A DNA stretch of 57,853 bases from a bacterium (GTDB lineage Bacteria; Desulfobacterota; DSWW01): assembly GCA_040756235.1 (NCBI GenBank), contig JBFLZG010000005.1:37997-95849 (forward strand), written 5' to 3'. This document shows, piece by piece, positions 47,319 through 56,064 of this stretch. Numbering within the stretch: position 1 is the first letter of the stretch; the number at the start of each line of letters is the position of its first letter. Both the position numbers and the translations under genes were made by a program. The notes beneath the pieces are model-generated. The model was not told the origin of the DNA and did not search any database. It saw nothing but the letters and a program-made list of their open reading frames with translations.

Positions 47319-48527
47319 TCAGGCCGCGCGCTGGCTGAGGACCTCGACAAACCCTTCCAGGCGGGTCCTGATCTGCTCCGGGGAATAGCCGCGGGGGTCG
47401 CTGATGTCCATGTCGAGGGTGAGGAAAGGAAGGCCGAGCCTCTCCAGGGAATCCTTGAGCATCCTGCAGGCGCCGTTCGCGTGCCGGCACGCGGGCGTTG
47501 CGAACAGGAGCGCGCCGTCGATCCGGAACTCTTCCGCAACGCGTTCCAGTCCTTCCGTTCTCCTCGAGAGCGGTCCGACAAAGGGGTTGTTCAGGCACTT
47601 CAGGGCGAGCCCCTCGAAGGGATGGTCCTCGTCGAGCTCGTCCCAGTAGACCCGGAAGGTCTCGCACAGGGGGACGGCGACGTGCTTTTCCTCGAGCGTC
47701 TCGAAGAGGTTCGAGCGATACGTGGGCAGCCACGCGAACCAGTAGAGGCGGTGCTTCTCGGGCCGCAGTCTTCCCGTTTCGATCCTCTTCTCCACGCGCT
47801 CGAGGAACGCTGCGTTCAGCCTCTCCTTCACCTCGGTTCCGGAGAACAGCAGGCCGTTGATGGAAAAGCCGATGAGCTGTCCCCCGCCCCAGGGCGCGGG
47901 ACGGTGCTTCAACAGCTCGAGGATCTTCAGCTGGGACCTTCTGGCTCGGTTGGAGCTGCGCACCGCCTCTTTCAGTCTGTCCGGGTCGAGCCTGTGTCCC
48001 GTGATCTCCCCGAGCTTGCCGGCGATCTGGCGAAGCTGCCGTTCCACGTAAGAGACCGAGTCCCGGGTCACCGTGGCGGGCACGTAGAGCAGAAAGGATT
48101 CCCTGCCGTGCAGCAAGGACAGGATCTCGTTGGTCTTCATCTTCTGGTCACAGTAAAAAGAGGTCGTGAGAAAAAGCTCGGACTCCGGGAAGTAGCCGTT
48201 GAACGAGGCCCCGAGAGCGCCACGGTGAAAGGAGCACACGTCCGTCGAGTAACCCCGGTCCTCGGCCTCTCTCATCGTGGGCACCCCGTCTTCCGTGGAG
48301 GCGATCATGGCCGCGGCGATCTCGAAGTCGAAGGGGACCACGTCGAAGGCGGCGAGCAGCTCCATGGGGAAGGCGTAGACGGAGGTGTAGACCACCTTCC
48401 GGTCCGGTTCGTAGGCCTTCAGGAACAGCTTGCCCCATTCCCTTCGCCACAGGCAAGCCGCGCTTTCCCTTTGGGCGAGCACGCTCTCGGCCTGCTCCAC
48501 CATCATCTCGAGCATGGTCTTGAACAT
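47319..48527 (-). CDS. 2-hydroxyacyl-CoA dehydratase / benzoyl-CoA reductase family subunit (alpha-like)
   Basis: P.EL..AFD, DVCSF, FYCDQ, LGEITG..LDPDRL, ACRH, D.SDPR.YS.EQ..TRLEGF. Confidence 0.85.
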   Translation of the reverse strand: MFKTMLEMMVEQAESVLAQRESAACLWRREWGKLFLKAYEPDRKVVYTSVYAFPMELLAAFDVVPFDFEIAAAMIASTEDGVPTMREAEDRGYSTDVCSFHRGALGASFNGYFPESELFLTTSFYCDQKMKTNEILSLLHGRESFLLYVPATVTRDSVSYVERQLRQIAGKLGEITGHRLDPDRLKEAVRSSNRARRSQLKILELLKHRPAPWGGGQLIGFSINGLLFSGTEVKERLNAAFLERVEKRIETGRLRPEKHRLYWFAWLPTYRSNLFETLEEKHVAVPLCETFRVYWDELDEDHPFEGLALKCLNNPFVGPLSRRTEGLERVAEEFRIDGALLFATPACRHANGACRMLKDSLERLGLPFLTLDMDISDPRGYSPEQIRTRLEGFVEVLSQRAA

Positions 48528-48528
48528 C

Positions 48529-49608
48529 TCAGGTCGCCTCCCTTTCGCCGATCACCGCAAGGAAGGACTCCACGCGGGTCTTCATCTGTTCGAGCCCGGT
48601 CCACGCGTATTCGTTCTCGAGAAGGAGAAACGACATCCCCGCGTCTTCACAGGTCATGCGCATGAGCGGTGTCTCGTACAGGTAGGTGTCGCAGAACTTG
48701 AGCGTGCTGTAAACGATCCCGTCGGCCCGGAACTCGGCGGCCATTCGTCTGAGACGCTGGAATCGATCCTCGATCCCTTCCATCCTCGCGCACGATGCCC
48801 TCAAGAGGTACCTCTCTGCCAGGGCCTGCATGGGATCCCCCGCTCGCCTCGCGACGAGCCGGTCGTAATGTCTCACGCCTATACACGAGTCGAGAACGAC
48901 CACCCGCCCTCCCAGACCCTCTATCAGCTCGATCAGCTCCGGCCCGTGAACGAGGTTCGCGGTGATCACGATCCTCGGCGCTCCGGCGGACGCCTGCTCT
49001 TGCCTCGAGCCTGCAAGGAACCCTTTCAGCGTCTCCGCGAAACGCGCCGGGTGAGAGCGGGCTCCCTCGAGACAGAGACCCAGGACGGCGGATCCCGAGA
49101 CGCCCTTGTTCGGATCTTTCTGAAGGCTGAAGACCTTGTCCATCAGCATCCGCACGTCATTGCACGCCGCGATCGCATCCTCCAGCTTCTCCTCCGTCAC
49201 CCTGGAACCCGGGAACAGTTCTTCGAGGCGGCGGGCGAGCGTCCGCAATTCCGAGGCGAAGAACTCGACGGAGGGAGGATCGTTCTTCTTGGGAACGTCG
49301 ATGAAAAGAGCCGGCACGGCCTTCACGTATTGGCTCCACAGATCGTGGAGCCTTCTCATGCCGGCACAGGAGTTGGCGAAGACCACGGCCCCCGCCCCCG
49401 AGGCGGCCCCGGAGAGGCCTGCGGCCATCAGGCTCTTCACGTAGGAACAGGTGTTCGGGTACAGGTAGGGGTCGGCCTCTGAAGGATGGGCTCGGGGGAT
49501 CATGCGCCACGGAGTCAGGCCGGCCGCCAGGAGGATCTCCTCGGGCACGTAAGAGCAGGTGTAGGCTATGGTCCGCTCACCGCTCGCGTCGTTGCCGGTT
49601 ACGGCCAT
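48529..49608 (-). CDS. 2-hydroxyacyl-CoA dehydratase family subunit (beta/D-like)
   Basis: YTCSYVPEEILLAAG, NTCSYVK, NSCAGMRR, LKFCD, QMKTRVESF. Confidence 0.87.
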   Translation of the reverse strand: MAVTGNDASGERTIAYTCSYVPEEILLAAGLTPWRMIPRAHPSEADPYLYPNTCSYVKSLMAAGLSGAASGAGAVVFANSCAGMRRLHDLWSQYVKAVPALFIDVPKKNDPPSVEFFASELRTLARRLEELFPGSRVTEEKLEDAIAACNDVRMLMDKVFSLQKDPNKGVSGSAVLGLCLEGARSHPARFAETLKGFLAGSRQEQASAGAPRIVITANLVHGPELIELIEGLGGRVVVLDSCIGVRHYDRLVARRAGDPMQALAERYLLRASCARMEGIEDRFQRLRRMAAEFRADGIVYSTLKFCDTYLYETPLMRMTCEDAGMSFLLLENEYAWTGLEQMKTRVESFLAVIGEREAT

Positions 49609-49661
49609 GCAGGACCTCCTTGGTCATTTCCCCGAACGCGTCCCGGACCCCCGCTCTCCAC

Positions 49662-50738
49662 TCAACCGAGTTTCAGCTCGATGCCGCGGCCGGCGGCGCG
49701 GTCCTTGTACCACTGCACCAGGTTGAGCGGCGGCTGGTCACGTTCGGCCTCGGGTTTCCTCACGAGCTTGATCGCCTCCGTGGGGCAAGAGCTGGTGCAG
49801 ACACCGCAGCCGATGCAGCGCGCGGCGAGCACCTTATAGGCGCCGTCCTCCTCGACGATCGCATCCGCCGGGCACCGCTCGGCGGCGCACACGCCGCAGG
49901 CCGTACAGGCGTCCGCGTCGATCGATGCCGCGAAGTGGCTCTTCGCCACCATGTACGGAGCGTGGAACTCGCGGATGCCGCGCAGGCCGGCACAGCAGCA
50001 GGAACAGCAGTTGCACACGAAAGCCTGGCCTTCCTGCACGTTGTAACTGAAGTGGACCAGGCCCTCCTCCTCGGCACGGGTGATGACGTCCAGGGCCTCT
50101 CCCTTGGAGATCCCCTTGCCCCGCGGAAATCGGTCGAAGGCCCCCTCCTCCTGGGAAATGCCCAGACAGGTCTCCAGGGTGTGCTTGCACGGACTGCCCT
50201 GCAGCGCCCGCTCCTTCCTGCAAATGCATTCCATGAGTTGGAACGACCGGGCCTCCTCGATGATCCGGCGGACGTCCTCGTAGCGATGGACGCGAAGCTC
50301 GGCGTCGATCTGGGTGCTCACCGGTATCACACGGCCCAGTGCAGGCGCGAAGTTGCCGAGGGTCCCGATGAGCGCGGGCGCATACGCCTCGAACAGCCCG
50401 GCCAGCTCCTTGTCCATGCGGCCGAGCTGAAACTCGTAGATCCCCACGATGAAGGGGAACAGCATATACATCCGCTGTCCGAGCATCTTGAACGATCCGA
50501 TCTGCCCCTTCTGAACCATGTCGTCCAGGATCGCCTGCATCTCCGGGACCGACTTGCCCAGCCGCTGCGCCGCCTGTTCCACGGTCTCCGGCACGGACCT
50601 CATCCGCAGCGCCATCTCCGCCTCCTGGGGCGTGAAGATGTGGCGGAGGATCTTCAGCTCGACGCCGCTTTCGGTCGCAGGGTAACCGCTGGGAAGCTCG
50701 TCCAATCTCGTGGCCAATCGCTGGTACACATCGGTCAT
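49662..50738 (-). CDS. 4Fe-4S dicluster protein with N-terminal wHTH-like and Cys-rich domains
   Basis: LKILRHIFTPQEA, GIYEFQ, CICR...C...C, VCNCCSCCC, CTACGVC...CP, CIGCGVCTSSCP; SD GGAGG. Confidence 0.85.
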   Translation of the reverse strand: MTDVYQRLATRLDELPSGYPATESGVELKILRHIFTPQEAEMALRMRSVPETVEQAAQRLGKSVPEMQAILDDMVQKGQIGSFKMLGQRMYMLFPFIVGIYEFQLGRMDKELAGLFEAYAPALIGTLGNFAPALGRVIPVSTQIDAELRVHRYEDVRRIIEEARSFQLMECICRKERALQGSPCKHTLETCLGISQEEGAFDRFPRGKGISKGEALDVITRAEEEGLVHFSYNVQEGQAFVCNCCSCCCAGLRGIREFHAPYMVAKSHFAASIDADACTACGVCAAERCPADAIVEEDGAYKVLAARCIGCGVCTSSCPTEAIKLVRKPEAERDQPPLNLVQWYKDRAAGRGIELKLG

Positions 50739-50816
50739 GGTCTTCCTCCCGCCTTGCCGGCTTCTCCGCACATCGATCTTCTGCCTTCTGCCGCACGGAA
50801 CCTGGCAGAGATCCCG

Positions 50817-51158
50817 TCACGAGCCGAGGCCGCATCCGACCTGACGCAGATACTCGGTGAGCTCCTCGAGCATCTCCCGGTTGACCGTGTAGTAGACCCA
50901 CTGGGCCTTCTTGTGACGCTCCAGCAGCCCGGCGTTGTGCAGCTCTTTGAGGTTCTGGGAAAGGGTGGACTGGGCCATGTCGAACTGACAACCGATCTCG
51001 TCCACGCAGCACGCCGCGGATGCCTTGAGGTCGAAGGTCCTCTCCTTTTCCGGGCCGTCATCGGACGCACCCTGGCCCTTGCCGATCGCATCGAGGATCT
51101 TCAGCCGATTCTCATTGCCCAGGGCCTTGAAGGCCCTGACGAGCTGTTCCCGGTTCAC
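50817..51158 (-). CDS. ArsR/SmtB family transcriptional regulator
   Basis: FKALGNENRLKIL, CCVDEI, AQSTLSQNLKELHNAGL, QWVYY; GTG start after AAGGA. Confidence 0.9.
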   Translation of the reverse strand: MNREQLVRAFKALGNENRLKILDAIGKGQGASDDGPEKERTFDLKASAACCVDEIGCQFDMAQSTLSQNLKELHNAGLLERHKKAQWVYYTVNREMLEELTEYLRQVGCGLGS

Positions 51159-51177
51159 TGTCCTTGTCGCCTCTTGT

Positions 51178-51227
51178 TCGGTAATTCGCTTTATTACGAT
51201 ATACAAAATTACGCAGATTCATGTCAA
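51178..51227 (-). promoter_or_regulatory. Putative promoter and operator upstream of the arsR-like gene
   Basis: Minus strand TTGACA (51227-51222), AT-rich -10-like GTATAT/TATATC; imperfect inverted repeat TCGGTAAT...ATTACGA. Confidence 0.5.
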
Positions 51228-51316
51228 GCTCTTTTTTCCAAGACCTGCGGAGGCAAAGGGAGGGTGTTGCAGGGAGCCACGAAAACGAGCGGCAGCAGCA
51301 TCTTTTACTGGCCCGC

Positions 51317-52081
51317 TCAGGGGTCGATCTCGGCCACGGACTCCACAATACGAGTCGGCTGATAAGGGAAGCGGGCCACGTCCTCCCGGCGGGTGACGCC
51401 GGTCAGGACGAGGATGGTTTCCATGCCGCTCTCCACGCCGGCCACGATGTCGGTGTCCATGCGGTCGCCGACCATGACGGTGTTCTCCGAATGGACACCC
51501 AGGTGATTGAGCGCCGTCCGCATCATGAGCGGGTTGGGCTTGCCGACGAAGAACGGGGACACGCCGCTCGCTTTCTCCACGAGGGCTGCAAGCGCGCCGC
51601 ACGCCGGGACGATCCCGCTCTCCGACGGCCCGGACGGGTCCGGGTTCGTGGCGATGAAGAAGGCGCCGCGGGCCACCAGGCGGATCGCCCGGGTGATGCT
51701 GTCCATGTTGTAGGATTCGGTCTCGCCCAGGACCACGTAATCGGGATCCCGGTCGGTGATGATGTAGCCGATGCCGTGGATCGCCTCGGTCAGGCCGCTC
51801 TCTCCGACCACGTAGGCCTTGCCCCCCTGTTTCTGGGAGTGGAGAAAACGGGCGGTCGCGAGGGCGGAGGTGAAGATTCGCTCGGCCGGGACTTCGAGGC
51901 CGAGAAAGCGGAGGCGGTGGGCGAGGTCCCCGGGTGTGTAAATCGGCGTGTTGGTGAGAACCAGAAACTCGGCCCCTCTCGCCTTCAGGCGCTCGATGAA
52001 GCGGTCCGCGCCCGGAATCATGCTTTCGCCGTTCACCAGGGCCCCATCCATGTCGATCAAATAGTTCTTGGGTGGTTCCAT
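51317..52081 (-). CDS. HAD-IIA family phosphatase (NagD-like)
   Basis: [36 protein letters not shown]. Confidence 0.9.
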   Translation of the reverse strand: MEPPKNYLIDMDGALVNGESMIPGADRFIERLKARGAEFLVLTNTPIYTPGDLAHRLRFLGLEVPAERIFTSALATARFLHSQKQGGKAYVVGESGLTEAIHGIGYIITDRDPDYVVLGETESYNMDSITRAIRLVARGAFFIATNPDPSGPSESGIVPACGALAALVEKASGVSPFFVGKPNPLMMRTALNHLGVHSENTVMVGDRMDTDIVAGVESGMETILVLTGVTRREDVARFPYQPTRIVESVAEIDP

Positions 52082-52129
52082 GCGGCCGCCCTTTCTTCTC
52101 TTCGATGAAATCAAAGAGCCTGCAAGCCC

Positions 52130-52864
52130 CTATTCCGCTCTTCCCCCGTGACACACGGCGCAGGAGGGCTCCACGCCGAAGGCGATCGCGTGATCGTGGC
52201 AGCCCGTGCACCGGCTCGTGAAATGCCCGACGCCCGTGCCGTCCCGGTTGTACGCCGCCGTTTCGGCGTGGCAGACCTCGCACAGCCCGGCCCCCGGCTC
52301 GATGCCGTTCAGACCCCCATCCTCGGTGCCCAGCTCCGCAAAGCCGAAATCGGCGCGCCCTTCGATGTTGCGGAAATCCACGGGGACGCCTCTTCCGGGC
52401 TCGACGAGGATCGTCTCCCGAACAAGGTAGATGTTCCTGGAGCCCATCGGGTCGTGGCAGGTCGTACAGGTGATGAGCTGCAGGCTCCCGTCCCGGGCGG
52501 CGACACCGAGCCGCTCCGGCAGGTGAGCGGCCTCGCTGTGGCACTCGTCACACCAGGCGGAGGTCCGGTGCCCAGGTCCCGGCTCCGGGTCGGCCTCTTC
52601 GTGACAGAAGGTGCAGGTCTGGTACACGCCTTTGTGCGACGAAAAGTTCTCCCAAGCCGCTACTTGGCCCGTGTGGCATCCTCCGCAGTCCGAGGCGTCC
52701 ACCCGGGCACTCCCGCCGCCGTCGTCTCCGCAGGACAGCAGGGCAGGGAGCACGGCGATCAAGAGGAGCCGGATGCTGCGCCCGAGGACCTCGGGCACTT
52801 GCACGGCGGCACTCCGTGTGTCGCGCATTCTTTCCCGGGGGGCGGCGGAATGCCGGGCAGGCAT
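52130..52864 (-). CDS. Heptaheme c-type cytochrome, predicted lipoprotein
   Basis: Seven CxxCH (CGGCH, CTFCH, CDECH, CTTCH, CEVCH, CTGCH, CAVCH); hydrophobic stretch plus lipobox LLSC; start may be 52828. Confidence 0.88.
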   Translation of the reverse strand: MPARHSAAPRERMRDTRSAAVQVPEVLGRSIRLLLIAVLPALLSCGDDGGGSARVDASDCGGCHTGQVAAWENFSSHKGVYQTCTFCHEEADPEPGPGHRTSAWCDECHSEAAHLPERLGVAARDGSLQLITCTTCHDPMGSRNIYLVRETILVEPGRGVPVDFRNIEGRADFGFAELGTEDGGLNGIEPGAGLCEVCHAETAAYNRDGTGVGHFTSRCTGCHDHAIAFGVEPSCAVCHGGRAE

Positions 52865-52871
52865 GCGGTGT

Positions 52872-54530
52872 CTACTCCAGGATGCGGTGCGCCTGCCGGC
52901 AGGCCAGGGCCTGGATGGTCAGCGTCGGATTGTAGCCCGTGGAGGTCACGAACACGCCTCCGTCCGCGCAGTAGAGGTTTTCCAGATCGTGGAATCTTCC
53001 GTATCGGTCCGTGACCGACAGCTCAGGGTCCGTTCCCATGCGGAGCGTCCCCATGATGTGCTTCGTGTCCTGGATGCCCGCGTTCTGGATCTCCTGAGGC
53101 ACGGAAAGGACGAAGACGGCCCCGGCCTCCTGGAGGATCCTCTCCAACCGGGGTGCATAGAGCCTCTGCGCAACCAGGCTCTGCGGGGGCGTCCGGTAGG
53201 TGATGCGCGCAACGGGGAAGCGGTAGACGTCCCGGACATCGGGGTCCAAGTCGACACGGTTGGTCGGCACCGGAGGATCTTCGCCGATGAAGGTGATCAC
53301 CGCGAGGTGGTCCCGGAGCAGACTGGCGCGCATGTACTTCTTGTGCTTGTCCCCGATGAGGGGCAGGTTCTTGGCCTCGGCGATCGGGTGGAGCTGCGCC
53401 CCGAACTCGACGACCCCTCCGCCGAAGACCCTGTCCGGGTCGCCCGGGTCCGCAGGCCGGAGAAAGTCGTCCATCCCCTGGGTCCCGACCCGGCCCCGGT
53501 GAATGTGCGTGCGCTGGGGGAGGATTCCGAAGGTCGTGCGCGTAGGGTGGAACATCAGATTGCGGCCCACCAGACCGCTGCGGTTTCCGAGCCCGGCGGG
53601 GTGCGCCCCTCCGGCGGACAGCAGGCACAAGCGGGCGCTCTCGATCGCGTTGCAGGCGAGAAGGAACAGGCCCCCCGGTTGGCTCACGGTCTCGCCTCCG
53701 GGGCCGATGTACTCCACGCTCTCCACGGCCGTGCCGTTGCCGTTCGTCTGCAGGCCGTACACGAAGCAGTTGGGTCGGAGCTCGCAGTTGCCCGTAAGAA
53801 GCGCGTCCCGGATCGCCGTGACGGCCGTGCTGCCCTTGGCGTTGACCGCGCAGCCGTGGTTTCCGCAGAAGCCGCAATTGGTGCACGCCGGCCGGCCCCG
53901 ATAGGCCACGGAGTTGATGGCGATCGGGGTGGGGTAGGGGTGGTAGCCGAGGGAGCGGGCCGCCTCTGCGAGCAGGACACTGTGGTACTTGGGGTATCCG
54001 GGCGGCATCGGATAGGGGGAGGAGCGGGGCTCTTCGAAGGGATTGACGCCCGCCCCGCCCTGCACGCCGATCCCTTTCTCCACCTCGTCGTAATAAGGCT
54101 CCAGCTCAGCGTAAGAGAGCGGCCAGTCCTCGACTGCCGTGCCTTCCATCGGGCCCCAGGTCGAGCGCACGCGGAAGTCCTTGTGCTGCACCCGGGGCGA
54201 GTTGCCGTCGTAGTGGATCGTGCCTCCGCCCACGGTAACGGCAAGCGTGTTCACCTTGCCCACGAAATGAGCCTTCTCGCCCTCGGCGGAGCGGAAGGTC
54301 CGCGGCTCGATGCGTGCATCCTGATCGATGAAATCCCGGTGCAGGAACTTGAGCTCGTCGTTGCCGAAGCGGTTGCGGACGATGCCTTCGGGCCGATCGA
54401 GGCCGACGAAGTGGTTGTCGCCCTTCTCGAGCAGGACGACCTTCAGGCCGCCTTCGGCCAGCATTTTGGCGGCGATCCCTCCCCCGGCGCCGGAACCCAC
54501 GATCACCGCATCGGGAAATCCGTATTTCAT
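52872..54530 (-). CDS. GMC-family FAD oxidoreductase catalytic subunit
   Basis: VGSGAGG, VGGGT, Cys cluster CTNCGFCGNHGC, SGLVGRNLMFH, HIMGTLRMG, NPTLTIQALA; no signal peptide. Confidence 0.93.
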   Translation of the reverse strand: MKYGFPDAVIVGSGAGGGIAAKMLAEGGLKVVLLEKGDNHFVGLDRPEGIVRNRFGNDELKFLHRDFIDQDARIEPRTFRSAEGEKAHFVGKVNTLAVTVGGGTIHYDGNSPRVQHKDFRVRSTWGPMEGTAVEDWPLSYAELEPYYDEVEKGIGVQGGAGVNPFEEPRSSPYPMPPGYPKYHSVLLAEAARSLGYHPYPTPIAINSVAYRGRPACTNCGFCGNHGCAVNAKGSTAVTAIRDALLTGNCELRPNCFVYGLQTNGNGTAVESVEYIGPGGETVSQPGGLFLLACNAIESARLCLLSAGGAHPAGLGNRSGLVGRNLMFHPTRTTFGILPQRTHIHRGRVGTQGMDDFLRPADPGDPDRVFGGGVVEFGAQLHPIAEAKNLPLIGDKHKKYMRASLLRDHLAVITFIGEDPPVPTNRVDLDPDVRDVYRFPVARITYRTPPQSLVAQRLYAPRLERILQEAGAVFVLSVPQEIQNAGIQDTKHIMGTLRMGTDPELSVTDRYGRFHDLENLYCADGGVFVTSTGYNPTLTIQALACRQAHRILE

Positions 54531-54570
54531 CGTCTTCCTGTTGGTGCTGGTCGTCGGCAAATGGCTCCTC

Positions 54571-55054
54571 CGTCATTCCTGAGGACCCTGCGGAGCGGGC
54601 AGCCCCGCAAGAGGGCCGGCTTCCCCTCTTTCCGTCATTCCGGCGCAGGCCGGAATCCGGTCCCTGCATCCCTGCAGGGGGCGCACGCATCGCCCTCAGA
54701 CCCCCGGCCCAACGAGCGCGATGGGTACACCGCACTCGCTCCGGCTCGGGCTCAGAACGCTCCGGCCGGTTCTCCTCCCAAGGGTCGGAGACTACGGCCC
54801 TTCGGGCGGCTCGCCCTTTTCATCCCTTGCTCCGGGCCGGGTGTATCGGGGTAACACCCGCCTGGCGGATGTGGTGGCAAGGGCACAAGTCTCCGTTCCG
54901 CCGGCCTGTCGGAGCTCGGGACGGCCTCCGCGACTCGCCCTCGCCTCCCTCGTGCGGATACCCACCGCGCTCGTGACAGCAACCCGGCCAGGCGGACCGT
55001 GTGCCAGCGGTGGATCCCGGCTCAGACGCGCTCCGCAGGCGGGCCGGGATGACG
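54571..55054. mobile_element. ~480 bp composite repeat/MITE-like insertion with imperfect terminal inverted repeats
   Basis: Left CGTCATTCC...CCTGCGGAGCG versus right CGCTCCGCAGG...GGGATGACG; contains a family E repeat. Confidence 0.5.
54628..54668 (+). repeat. Repeat family E copy 1 (ATTCCGGC-GCAG-GCCGGAAT hairpin)
   Basis: 41 bp, one mismatch to 57802-57842. Confidence 0.85.
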
Positions 55055-55082
55055 CAGCACGGTACAGCCCCGTTGCGCGAGT

Positions 55083-55925
55083 TCACCCTGGTCTTTTGCT
55101 GAGGCCGGCGATCGCCCGCAGGAGCTCGGCCGCTTCCTCGATCTCTTCAGGGCTCAGCACCGCGGCTCCGTACGTCCCCTCGTCCGCCTCTTCCACCTGC
55201 TCCCGCGTGTAGCCGATCGGCTGCCGGTCCCCTTCGTACTGAATGTAATTCCACCCTGCGAGCCCGGCGTTCCCGCCGTACTCGGGGGCCGCATACATCC
55301 CCTCGACGGTGTGAGCATGGAGCGTTTCGCGGAAAGCCGTATCCGCGCTGTCCCAGACGGCTTTCTGCTCCACCGCGCCGAGGTCCCTGAAGTCGGCCTG
55401 GAAGAAAGTCCGCGCAAGGTCGTCCAGTCGCTCGACGCCGCGCGTGTACACTTCCTGGAGCCCGACCACCGGCCCGTTGAACTCCCGCTCCGGGATCCCG
55501 CGGGACCCTTCGATGGTATTCCGCCAGGCGATCTCCCGTACCCGGGAGAGGGGCAGGTAAACGGAGAAGCCGTTCTCGCCCCCGTGGCGGCCGCTGAACG
55601 GACCGGCCGCATAAATTCGTGGCGGGTCCACCCGGAAGGCGCCCAGCAGGTAGTCGATGTAGTCGACCACCCCGGCCGCAACGGCCCCGGGATCTTCGTC
55701 TTCGGGGATGATCAGCCCGGTGGCGGCCCGGACCGTCTCGTACTGGTGGGCGTCGAAAAAACGGCCATCATCCGGAGAAGGGATCGTCCCATCCCCTGCG
55801 CCGTTGCCGTCCTGCCCCTCCTCCCCGTCCCCGCATCCGAGAGGGGCAAGAGGGATCACGAGCACGGCCCCCCCGTACAGGCCGACCTGCAAGAGTCTCC
55901 GGCGGCTGAGCGAGGCATCATTCAT
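55083..55925 (-). CDS. Gluconate-2-dehydrogenase subunit 3 family protein (Tat-exported small subunit, likely lipoprotein)
   Basis: Tat motif SRRRLLQ, lipobox-like PLGC, IIPED.DPGA..AGVVDYID, TVEGMY..PEYGGN...GW..IQY.G. Confidence 0.87.
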   Translation of the reverse strand: MNDASLSRRRLLQVGLYGGAVLVIPLAPLGCGDGEEGQDGNGAGDGTIPSPDDGRFFDAHQYETVRAATGLIIPEDEDPGAVAAGVVDYIDYLLGAFRVDPPRIYAAGPFSGRHGGENGFSVYLPLSRVREIAWRNTIEGSRGIPEREFNGPVVGLQEVYTRGVERLDDLARTFFQADFRDLGAVEQKAVWDSADTAFRETLHAHTVEGMYAAPEYGGNAGLAGWNYIQYEGDRQPIGYTREQVEEADEGTYGAAVLSPEEIEEAAELLRAIAGLSKRPG

Positions 55926-56064
55926 GAAGATCAGCTTCCTTCGGCGGTTTCCCGCAACGGGCCCCGGGGGCCGGGACATTTTCCTTCTACGCTGATATAA
56001 ATCAATTTACAACGGGCCGGCCGGAGCTTTCGAGAAGCGCGCGATTCGAGGCGAGGGGACCGAC

